Shown: one piece after another, positions 52,710 to 64,000 of the stretch
Layout of the letters: every line of letters begins with the position of its first letter
Numbering within the stretch: position 1 is the stretch's first letter
Assembly: GCA_004764695.1 (NCBI GenBank)
Contig: SMSO01000031.1
Coordinates: 5,184,436 to 5,248,435 of the forward strand
Length of the DNA stretch: 64,000 nucleotides
Source of the DNA: Schizochytrium sp. TIO01
Taxonomy: Eukaryota; Protista; Bigyra: Labyrinthulomycetes
Reading direction: 5' to 3'
Notes under the pieces: generated by a model
What the model was told of the DNA's origin: nothing
Database searches by the model: none
The model's input: only the letters and a program-made list of their open reading frames with translations
Program-made: the position numbers and the translations under genes

Positions 52710-54109
52710 ATGACGCAAGAAGGAACAGAGACTATGATGGAGATTGACGATGCTGGCGCCGCGGCAGTGGTTGCAACTCCGTCGAGACAACGCAGAAGAT
52801 CTTCGTTTGGGGGGTCTGCGAAGAAACTCGACTCAGACGCTCGTGTGGAGGCGTTTTTTGGTATGGATCCCACGAGGTTTATTGATGACTGTACGTGATA
52901 AAGTGTAGAATGTTATGGCTTGGAAAATGCAGAATGAAGAAAGGCTAACGAAACTCACTTTAATGCACGTGTTTGTTGGTTTCTGGCTTGCTAATAACGG
53001 TTCACAGGCTGCAACACGATTGATGACTACATTTCGGACGGCCTGGATGTGATGGAGAGTAGTGTTCTTAAGGTACGTTTTAGTTTTTATTTGGTCAAAA
53101 ACTGTTCTCCCATAAAAGAAGCTGACATAGAGGTAATCGATGCTATGCGCGGATCGGTTGTGGGCATGGGAATCACAGAAATCAAAGGGAGATGTCCCTA
53201 AAGAAGTTGTACGTTTTAATCCATAGTCTGGATCAGATCACTGGTCTGCAAGGATATTTTTTCTCACGTTGTTTGTTTGGTATTTGTTGTTGTTGTTGTA
53301 AATATGATTTTTTTCTTGCACAGGTAATCGCTTGCATCAACCGACTGCAAGCAAAATATAGATCTGTATCCGATGTGAACTTTACCAAATTTGAGGAGTA
53401 CCTGCGACGCAATATCCTCGATGTCCCGGCATGGGTAGCCGAGGAAGAGGAAGAAGCCAACGTAAGTTCCCAATTATAATCTCTATGCAGCGCATAGGCC
53501 TTCAAAGGTTATACTGACATTTGGCAAGGTGATCAATAATATAGAAACCAGGAAATTCAACAAAGGAGGTGGTGACTCGTAGTCCTGAAGAGACCGCTTT
53601 GGACACTGAATTGGCGGAAATGGAAAAGCAACTTGAAGCAGTCGCAGCCAAGAAACGAACAGTGAAGCACGAGATCAACGAAGCTCGAGCTCGCATTCGC
53701 CGTGGCGCGCAAAAGTACAGCAATGTCGCTTCCATGCTTGAGTCGACCGGCTTGAATGAAGGTAAGTATTTTTAGTTTGGGATTGATTAGAAATAAAACA
53801 CACTCCATCGACGCGCATGAGTACTAATAAATTCAACACTGATGATCAATTTACACAGTGGACCATCTCTTTTCTCAAGCTAAAGCTCTGGAGCCAGCAG
53901 TTCGCGAAGGAAGACAATTGTTATCGACTCTAGCAGCAGCACCACGAGGTGGTGCCAACGAAAACAGTGGTGTATATGCTAAGCATGGGGAGTTTGGACT
54001 TCGTGGGAAAAGCAGTCTTGATGACTTGCAACAACTCAATTCACGAATTCTTGCAAATCTCTCTAACACATCGTCTTCGTCTTCGTCTTCGCAAGCAAAC
54101 CTGAAATAA
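52710..54109 (+). CDS. MIS12: Kinetochore protein Mis12 homolog, five exons
   Basis: Exons 52710-52890, 53008-53072, 53324-53461, 53545-53761 and 53859-54109 join in frame through GT-AG introns. They give EAFFGMDPTRFIDDCCNTIDDYISDGLD and DVNFTKFEEYLRRNILDVP (the two Mis12 blocks) followed by a coiled coil. Confidence 0.82.
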
Positions 54110-55171
54110 ACCTGACAACTTTTCTCTCACATTCACATACGCAATACACTTTTCTTCACAATAACGTTTACTTTACTTTAATTTACTATCCAGGCTTTTG
54201 CTATTGTTTGCTTTACTGGGATTGAATATATTGACGCTTGGAGTGCCTTCAACTCCATAAGTGCCAGGATGTAAGGGACTTCGTCTAACAGGGAACTTGA
54301 TCAGAATAAACACTAGGATTTGGTAAAGACCTGCTATCAGCATACTATTTATGAGCTCTTGCATACCAAATTTATCATTTATGTTTCTTATGTATCTTGT
54401 TGATTTTCGTACTTTAGATTTATCGCGCCATCATATGAAATTATGAATGAGCCCTTGTAGACAATTTTCCCTTTCCAGGCATAGATCTTGACCCTCGGTA
54501 TTCCCTACCTTTAGTCATGATCTGTTACTATTTGAAGGTTGTCACAAAATTAAGACAGAGCATCTCGAGGCTCAGCATGTGCGCACCATGTTGTACGCAT
54601 TAAACTCATAAAAGTCCATCCTTCGTGATTTCAATATTCCGTTCTGAAAGATAGTAGGAGTCAAATCAAAGGTCAACCTATCAAACCTTCTAGAGTTTCT
54701 TTGCGTTTATACCGCCTTGTATACCCTTCATCAGATTCTATTCTGATGTAGGGGGTGGCGATCGCTTTTCACAGGTTTGAGAAATTCCGTCGGAAGCAAA
54801 GAAAAGTGCTCCCTTCATCTCGCTAGTAGGTATTATTGTACTACTATAAGCTAGTGGGTGCTAGGTGATGAATGGAATGAAATGAATCAGAAAAGACAGC
54901 AAGATCTAAAGCTACTCGGCGCTTGATCCTGGCAGCGGCAAATCGCAAATCCGGGGCCGGTGACGGACCCAGGCTCGGTCCTTGCGGCGCCACGGCTCGC
55001 TGTGGTCACCTCTGGGCTGCTTGCAGTTGGTGTTTGCCTTCTTAATCGCTACCAAACAAGCACGGAGCCAGCGGGACTCGTGCCAATTTCTTCTTGGTGG
55101 CTTTGAGGCTTTTGCGGCCTTCTTCGTAGTTTCAGGACGGCGTCGTTTTACGCAGACTATAAGAGAATACA

Positions 55172-56623
55172 ATGGCAGTAGTTGGCCAGGATAGCTTGTG
55201 GTGGGTAGGCGTGCTGTTGTCGATCTTTGCTGCTTTTTTTGGTTCTTTGGGTGACAACCTTATTAAATTGAGCTATACGACAAATGATATTGCTGTAGAA
55301 AATGGCGAGAAGTATACGCCACTGGCGTGCCGCCCGTTGTGGTGGGCAGGAATGCTCTGTCTTGTGGTGATTAACACGGTTCTCACACTGGTAGCTTACA
55401 CGCTTGCTGATGCGGTACGTGCGAAATAAAATTCGAGGAGAGACATTTTTTCTTAGATTCAGTGATTGGATGATCAGCTTTGCTAAAGCCATTAGCTTCT
55501 CAAAATCGAATTTGTGATAATAGTGACAACAGCGACCTTGAATGAGGAAACCTTGTTTAAGCGAGGGAAGATCCAAACATTTTAATACTAACGGTTGATC
55601 AATACGGCCTTTCGCTTGCGACGTTGTGGAATTGTTTTTCCAAATTTACAGTCTTTAACGATTCCATTTGCGGGTCTCCATATTTGTTTTAATATTGGCT
55701 TTGCGCGGCTACTTAATCGAGAGCAATTTACTTCGCGACAGGTGGGTTTTACATTTATTATCCTGGTTGGCGTGACTGTGGTTCTTGTATCTGGAAACCA
55801 TGATACTGTGACGTTCTCCGTAAGCGAAATGGAGGATCTCTTTCGGGAGACTCCATTCATCCTTACAACTTCGATCATGTTGCTAATTATTATGATCCTA
55901 GCGCCTATTGCATTTATGCACCCAGACCCTCGTGCAAGATGCTTGTGTACGTCTGCTTTGGTTGGTACAATTGGTAGCTGTACCCAGGTGTTTGCAAAAA
56001 CGATGGCTGAAAGCTTTGATGAGGCCGTTGACAATCGGTCAACATCCATCTTTCAAAGCTTTGTCCCAGGTGTAGCGATTGCAGCTACAACTGTGTGTGC
56101 CTTAACGCAGTTGACCATGTTAAACATTGCTCTTGCACGCTTCAACGCATTTGTGGTAGTACCAATTGTGAACTCGACCATGATTGTGTTAGGATCATTA
56201 TATGCAGCAATATTTTTCCAAGAATTTAAGCGTTTCGACCTGGAGAGTAAGATCCTCATGCCCGTCGGTATTCTGACGACTTCTGTAGGTGTTGCGCTGT
56301 TGGCTTGGGATCATGATCCCGAGCAAGCAAGCGAGTTGGTGACTGGATCACCAACGAATGAGCACGGAATTGCTATGATGGAGCGTTCGCATTCCTTTGG
56401 CGGGTTTCATGACTCATCTCACTATGACGAGCTCCGTTTGCCATTCCAGCGTTCACCAACGCACCCGGGTCCTCTGCGAAGCTCGATTAGTTCCCCAGGT
56501 GGAAGTTATCAAGGTCTTCAAGAGCATGAACACTTTCAACGAATTCAGCCATCAACGCAGCTCGAAACTGAGGACGAAGATGATGAAGAGTACCACCGTG
56601 AGACGTCAATGACGTTGAGCTAG
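55172..56623 (+). CDS. NIPA-like (DMT superfamily) Mg2+ transporter-like membrane protein, two exons
   Basis: Exon 1 55172-55414, intron 55415-55651 (GTACGT...TACTAAC...TTTACAG), exon 2 55652-56623. Motifs PLWWAGM, QLTMLNIALARFNAFVVVPI and AIFFQEF; about 9 TM segments. Confidence 0.87.
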
Positions 56624-59600
56624 ACCTTAAAAGGCTCATTGGAACAACGGAGGCTACTATAGGGTATGAGATGAGCCATTAATTGTGTTCATTTCTTTTT
56701 GACCAATGTTACTGATAGATGTTTCACAAATGACAGTGCCTGAGATTTCTTTCTCTTACGAAGAGCGACACATGCTGTCGAATAAAGGTAGTCGTTTGTT
56801 CACAGGTGCAAAGCAGGATCAGGGTTACTTTGCTCCTCAATTCTTGCTGAAAGTGGTTAGTTAGGACTAGCCACTGATAGTTTCGAACACGTTAGGAATA
56901 TTCATTCCTAACCCCTATACATATTCTTATCTGGTGGCATTAGAATATCATAGGCATCCACCATACAAATTAAAAAAATATTGTTGCATGGTAACGATTT
57001 CGACCTAAATCAAAGGTCTAGGCATGTTTAGAATCGAGATCCTTGGATGAATACGACGCCCTCCTTGCTTAATTTTCCTACTAATTATGGTGGAATGATT
57101 TGATTGTTGTACTGAAAAGCTGCGATTCGATGAAGTAGTCACGATGCTTATGTTGACTAGATTTTATTAGACAGAATTGATCGGTATCATGTTCAAGAGC
57201 CTTGACAAGGCGATCATGTTTTCCTGCTGCTCCTAAGGGTTTATGCAGCAAAATCTAAGTGAGAGAATTTGTGTTACAGAGGGTAGACAAGGCAGATGAG
57301 TTTGTTCCTACCTATAAAATGCTTTTCTTGAGAAGGTTTGACAAATATTAATAAATTTGCTTTATGAAAATTACGTTGAGGACTTCTCCAATCAAAGGAA
57401 CTAGCGGACAAGGCATTGCTAGAGTTCTTGGCGTCCCTTTGTAAAACCCTCGCAGACATAGTGCTTACAATAGAGTAGGAGTAGGCAGCCAGAGTCAAGA
57501 GCCAACAGTGTGACTGACTACACGTTACCTACATCTAAGCATGCTGTAATTTGACTCGATGGCTGAGGAGGTTGAATTGACCTAACTTCGGCGAGCGAAA
57601 TCAATTTAAGCTCAAGGAATCTTTGCAATTTTTTTTTAAACATCAAGAGTCTCTACACCGTTCAAGAATGTCTTAGCCTCCTTAATCACTGCATGAATTC
57701 ATTTGCCCTGGACATTCTCCAGGACAGCAGTTCGCAAAAATCTTAAAAGCAACCTTCTTAGAGCCTTCATCAAGACCTTGTCTTCATCTTACAGTCAACC
57801 TCTAGCTGACCAGAATCATCTTTCAGCAGTTGAGGAGTTGTGAGAAAAACGAGTTCATTTGTTGCCTCTATAGGCTCATTATGTACAGTTCTGGCAAGAT
57901 AAATGTACTTTGGATGCTACCTCTATGGGGATCATAATGTAGAGGTTTGGCAAGCTAGACGAATTTGCTGTGAAGAAATTATGGAGTTTTGAGGAATAAA
58001 TTTGTTTGATATCTCGAAGGAATTCATGTTCAGGTGGGTGCTTTGATGAAACAAGTGTACTTTGTTGTCACCTCTAAGATGCTTGCGCTTAAGAACTTTG
58101 GTAAGACAGAACAAGCTTCTAAGAAGTTTATGTGAAGGAGGTTTTACCAACACCTTTGTCTTCAGAAGCTCTTTCAGAATATCTTGGAGTTACGAAATAT
58201 GTTTATTTGCTGCTTTTAAAATTTGCTGTTGTGGAATGATTTGGCATGACTGGAATTTGGTTCGTGAGTGGAAAGGATTATGTAGATTGAAATGCTTTGA
58301 GGATCTCTCCAGAACATACGGCAATACCGTCATGGGCAGGAACTTTTAGCATGTGTAGAAAGTATCTCCATGCTGTTGGTAATTCGGGGTATCTAGACAA
58401 CCACCGCAACGACAGAGCCATCTTTTAATCTGAGAATTGGATTCTTAGGCTCATGCTCCTCATAATAAGCGCCCATGCGAGTGTCACCATTCTTTGCTAC
58501 GGCCCATAGTGATTTATGGATTGGGCCGCAGCAACTTTGAATCGCATTGTTCATGCACTTTCATGAAGCGAAGAAGCAACTTGATGTTTGTCAAGAGTAA
58601 AAAATCATATCCTCACCATCGCAAGTGCTCAGAGACGCCCCTCAAGTTTATTTTCTTGTTGCTTCGAATCGTGTCCAACTAGAACCTTCATCATCATCCG
58701 TCCCAGAAAACTCTTCTCTATATTTTCTTCAGAAAGATGAACCGGTCGTCCCCTGGCGAAAGATATGACCCTCTAAGTTTCCACAGAAAAGCCAAGCTCT
58801 GGACTGGTTCTTGCGATCTTGAAAAAGAAATAACTTTCTAAAGTTCCTGGCCGAAAGGAAGTATAATTACCGGGCGGGCCGAACGCTGACTTTATAACCA
58901 TACTTCGACGGAGGTACTTAGGTACCTACCTACCTGGTAGCCCAAAGGCCTACCTAGGTTATCTTGATTGAGAGGTTAGGTTTTGAAGAATCGCAAAAGA
59001 AGCAAAAGAAGGAATCGAGAATACTAGAACTGTCAGCCTTCCAAAAGGCTTCCGAAATCTATAAGAAGGCAATACGCGACTCTTAGTGCAAGGTAACAAG
59101 CATCACCTTAGTAATGGTAGTAGCAGCTTATAGTGATTATGTACAGCTGATAGCAGCTCTTACTGCGTTGATTACCGTGTGAATTACCCTTTTATATCCT
59201 CGGAGGCTTTGGCGTTAGTAGCGCGATCATCTTCCGAGTCTGGACACAATTTGACTTGCAGAGAAACTTATATAAACGCTCTCCGAAGAGAGGGCTGTGG
59301 TCTTATAATCACATTTGTTGATGCCCAGTTTCTCGAGACTTCTCTGATATAAGGCAAGCCCACAACTTCGCATCATAGGAAAGGAGAATGATACATAAGT
59401 GATTGTTTCTTGATTTTGTTTTTGCTTCTTGATTTTGTTTTTCGACAACAGTTTTCTTTACTCTAGAGCACATTTTTTTTTCGCACTGCGTGGTGCAAAG
59501 GCTTTCAAGCTCGAGGGTGAATCAAAACTTTGCGAAACGCTGCTTAGAATAAATGAATAAAAATAAATAAATAAAAAAGCGGAACGGAGTACAAAGATAG

Positions 59601-61190
59601 ATAAGTTTAGGTAAATATAAATGCTGGAGACACACTGCCATGATCAAAATGTACCATGCTTGAGCAAGCTGGAGGCAAAGAGAGATAAGAAAACTTTGGA
59701 AGGCGACCATGTCGTAATCGTCATACCGAGGGAGTCTCCTTTTCAATTTCATTGAAGCTTCGAGGTCAGAGAAATCCGCAGTGACAGAGAACAGAATGTC
59801 GTGGCAGAGGTGATGGCCAATTCGCTCAGATTGAGATTGAGCACTTCAAACGCGGCCTCATCGTTCGTTCTTGGGCGAAATTCTTCGGAACTGACCTGGA
59901 TTATGCTCTTTTGAGTCCACAGTCTACGAATTTAATTGATTCATGATTATAATACAACAAATAAATCAACGTCTAGATCACCTTCGTCTGTCGTATTTAA
60001 TGCTGTCACTCGCATTGACGCGCACCGAGGTCGTGTGTGCGTGTGCATACCGATTCACTATGGCCTAACGCATTTGTTTTACAGAGCGTGCTATACTCCA
60101 GGTTGTAAACGTCGAAGACGGACAATCTCGATAGTCTGCATCGAATTTCAGACTCCACCACGGTGTCTTAATATAAAATTTCATAACTTGCAGAAATCAA
60201 AATAAGAAGCGACGCAGGGAGGGTGACTTTGGGCTTTTATGCACAACCTCATCATTAGCATCCATGCGTTCTCGCTGTCTTGGCAAGTATCGTCTCTTGT
60301 GCAGTTGCACCGCTGCTGTTAATCACGATGATGATCCTCGCTTGCGTGAGGATTTTGAGATCGAGGTCTGTCTCGCAACACCGGTAGGATGTCCTAGGGT
60401 CTACCTACGCCGCCATGAGGCTATGGGCATTTCACGAGCGTGCGCCAAGAGAACATTTGTCGAAAGGTTGACGAAGACCACTCCAAGTTCTTCGCGAGAA
60501 GCCGCCCTGAGCGGCTGATTACGCACGTTTCCACCGCTCTTCGGGACCCCGAGGTCGGTTGATAGAAAAACGGACTTCGCGGAGGTCGCCGATAGAGAGC
60601 GTTGAAGCTACGCGGTTGTTATGCAAAGGGCGACTTCTTCGGCATTGGAGCACCCATGCGTGAAGAACACACTAAAGAAAGCAACGATGACCAAAAAGGA
60701 AACAAACAAAGAGAGAGAAAGAGAGAGAAAGAGAAAGATGTCTTCAATGCCTTTCTTTGCGGCACTGTTTGATGAAGATAGAAGAGTCGCAAAGACGAAG
60801 GCCGTGGAAGCAGAGCTTTTCAGAAGCTGCGCCAAACTTACTTACACCAGGCGTGGCTCGCCGAAGGAGCGGCATTTGACGGACCGCGGAGTTTTCCACG
60901 GAGCGAACGATGCAATAGCCAATGAACGCTTCAAGCTTTCGCTTTGCAATGCGGTTTTCATTTGGTGCTGCCAAAGTCAGTCGTGATAAACGCTGCACAG
61001 CGAGCTTGATATAATCAACGCATAAATCGTAGACCGAACTGCATCAGAGTCAAAGCTGTCTCGTCGGCTGCAGGCAGTCAGGTAAGAACGAGACGACCGA
61101 CCGCTCGAAGAGGCCAGGGCCAGCTCAGCGCAAAATTTCAAGTGCCTTCGATCGTGCACCAGCACATTGAACCGGCGATAAAAGCGTAGT

Positions 61191-61224
61191 AGCTCTTCAG
61201 GGCACCTATGTGCCCTGAAGAGCT
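61191..61224. repeat. Perfect 15-bp inverted repeat with a 4-nt loop
   Basis: AGCTCTTCAGGGCAC-ctat-GTGCCCTGAAGAGCT. Confidence 0.9.
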
Positions 61225-61968
61225 TTATGTACGCCTATGGAAAAATCTGCCAAACTGAACACGGTCAACGGGTAGATCTAGAGTAGCTCCTATATGGCCA
61301 CTAGTGCAATCGTTTTGTGTTTTACAAGTGCCCTTCTCCGTTCTACAAGACCAAGATGATAAACTCGCTTTGCGCTCTCTGCTACAAGCTGCCATAGTCC
61401 GGCTGGCTCGGCGTAGTCGGCCAATAAGAAGATCAGCAAGGCCTCCGTCATTTTAGCTTCGAGTTCGATGCTCGTGGAGGTCTTCTTGCCTGCTGGCTTG
61501 CTTAATTTGCAATTCAAGTCAAAGTCTACTGCTTAGCAAGGAGCTTCTCATCTTTAAAAAGACCAATAGATCTCTAAGCAGCCGCCGCGATGTGCTTACA
61601 TGGCAGGTGAAGAAGAGCTTGCTTGCTTGCATGTTCTCTGGGGCCTCGTTCTTCTACTCTGGTGCTGACTGACTGACTGATTGGTTTGCTGGCCGACCGG
61701 CTGACTGACTGATATCTCGACCGACTTGGCGTCGTTCATTTGTCGAGGGCGAGTGCAATCGATTGCTCTTAAATGGCGACGATCGATCGCTTTATCTGCA
61801 GCACAGCGCAGCAAAGCAGAGCAAAACAGAGCAAAGCACACTCACTGAAGCGAAAGAGAGGTTTCGTGTGAAGGTTATGAAACGCCATAAGCATTTGCAT
61901 TCAGCGGCGCCAGGCCTTGGACCACGAGCGAGAGAGGGTGCGCGAAGGATCGAATGAGTGAGGGAGTG

Positions 61969-61971
<3 letters not shown>

Positions 61972-62025
<54 letters not shown>

Positions 62026-62094
62026 AGCTTAGCGTTGCCCAATGCCAGTTTGAGTGCACAGAGGTCAGGTTTCCTGCGGCCGAGACCCTACTTC

Positions 62095-62125
<31 letters not shown>

Positions 62126-62132
62126 CAATCAA
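61972..62132. repeat. (AG)n microsatellite followed by (TCAA)n
   Basis: Directly visible. Confidence 0.95.
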
Positions 62133-64000
62133 TTAATTATTAAAAAGTCGTTCATTGCGTAACTAATACTTAGCAGGTACTAGTATCAAAATGTACTATA
62201 TTTCATTTAAAAAACACTTTTTTTCTTCAAATAGGAAAGAAAGTTAAAAAGAAAGATTGTGCTCGAGAGACCTTCACTTCAAAAAAGGGGCTTCGCTTAC
62301 ACTAATCAATTTACGTCCTTAGACAGCTACATCTTTGCTTGGCTCAAGCGCTGCTTCCAATACTTATTTATATATATGGTATCATCTAAGTACATAAAAT
62401 AGATAATTGTCGATTTCTCGTTTCTTTGAGGTGTCCCATGGGCCTTGGAAATTAAATCGGGCTTGCGTCCCAATCTAAGTTTTTCATGTCAAATTCTTAT
62501 TAAATAAAACGCCGCGTGGTTCTTTTGAAGAGAAACAATTAAATGTTGAAAAGGTCAGGAGAATGCTCGAGATCTAAGTATTTGGCGTTTTCTCGCAACA
62601 CTCATCCAAGGTTGAGTTTCTTGCCACCTTTTAGCTGCTCTCCGTGTCTTGCAGGCGTCCTTCGCCGCCTATTCGTGCGCTTTCTTATTTTCCCGGCCCT
62701 GTGGCAATGGTGCTTTTGTTTCTTCGTCCTGCCAGAGTCTCGTCGCAGTTAGCGAGGGCCCCTCCTTACACCGTTGATGAAGGGATTGCGCTCATTACGG
62801 CTATACACTACAACTGGTCCAGGAAATGATTAAACCGCCTTTGGAGATAAAAATCAATTAAGTATCTACAACTTTGGTTAAAAATTCAACACAAAACAAT
62901 CGCTGCTCTCTCAGAGTAGCAGGACCTGCTTCTCAAAGCTCGAGGGCGATATCTTTTGAAGCAGCTCCAAGCTGTCCGCGGCTGCTGCAGAGACAGGTCG
63001 ACCCGCTCCTTGCTTGAAAGGCGGCGGCGCCTGGGGAGGATGGGTTTTTTCAAGATCTGGAGTTACGGTCGCGAAGATATCGATCGAATGCGGTGCTGCA
63101 ATTCTCAATAATGAATGCTTCAGGTCAATTTTTCTTTTGCGCCATATCTTCAAACTATAAAAAATAAAATCATTCAAAAGAAAAAGAAGAGAAAGGAAGA
63201 CGAGACTGAGTTTATTTACCGATTTGAAATTTTTGATAGAAGTACCGTGACTGACATGGTCAATTAAAAGTAAACTTACGTACTATACATAATATATAAA
63301 GAAAAGGAAGACGAGGAGAGGCGATGAGAACTTAATGTAAGTTTAAAAGAATTAAGAAAACTTAATAAACTTAAAAGGTTTATTTGCTAGCGAGGACAAC
63401 CGTTCCTGCGAAGGCGGCGGTGGGGTACGTAGAAGACTTCGCGCAGGTTGCCGGAGGTTCGTCGTCCCACCACGTTCAGAGGGGCGCCTTCACGTTCCTG
63501 CCTGGAGCACCTCTGCTGCGATTCTCCACGCTCCACGCTTTCTTGGCGCCATCCGGCTGGCGGTAATGACGGCTCAAGCGTGCATTTCAAGAACACCACC
63601 CACGGCTTCCAAAGGGATAGTCAATGAATGAATCAGTGAATGAATGAATCAGTGAATCAATGAATCAATGAATCGATTCTTCAATTTAATGAACTAATCA
63701 AATGAACGAACAAAAGCTTACGTGGAAAAGCGCACACGCAGAAGGACGACTCACGTTAATCCAGGCGATTGTTTGCATGCAATTGGACGACGTCGATGCC
63801 GTGTACTTGAGGAGGTCAAGATTGAGATTAATCTTCGCTTTGAATTAACAAACATAAATTGGATTGAGCCGTCACTTGCCAAAGAAGGCAGCTTCTCACG
63901 AATCTACGATCCTCGCTCTTCAAGTCCGCAGATGGAGGATGGCTAAGCTGCTCTAAACCCACGAGGTTTCTTGCCGCAAAAGGAGTAAAAAGAAGACTGT

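Noticed and set aside
62150-64000. Short ORFs at the window end
   Set aside because: All under 90 aa with no motifs, in AT- and microsatellite-rich intergenic DNA.

Overview
Eukaryotic nuclear DNA with short GT-AG introns, microsatellite-rich intergenic spacers, flagellar genes and an eEF3-type ATPase. The gene content fits a flagellated protist, possibly a thraustochytrid/stramenopile (inference, not checked). About 14 protein-coding genes can be supported: a polyQ protein with one small unrecognised domain, an eEF3/New1-like ABC-F ATPase with an N-terminal AN1 zinc finger, a small basic protein, a BART-domain protein, Sec61-alpha (one frameshift), a giant armadillo-repeat gene, MCM5, a YeeE/YedE sulfur transporter, a hypothetical protein, RRP6, a small EF-hand-like protein, a bacterial-type GT4 glycosyltransferase, CFAP206, Mis12 and a NIPA-like transporter. 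The last ~7 kb has no confident gene. The stand-out is the ARM gene at 24.3-31.6 kb. It has 48 near-identical 132/135-bp units plus one degenerate unit. Variation is concentrated at helix-3 positions that line the ligand groove, and units are reshuffled by block duplication and apparent recombination, which suggests a natural diversifying receptor. All family assignments come from motifs recognised by eye; no searches were run.
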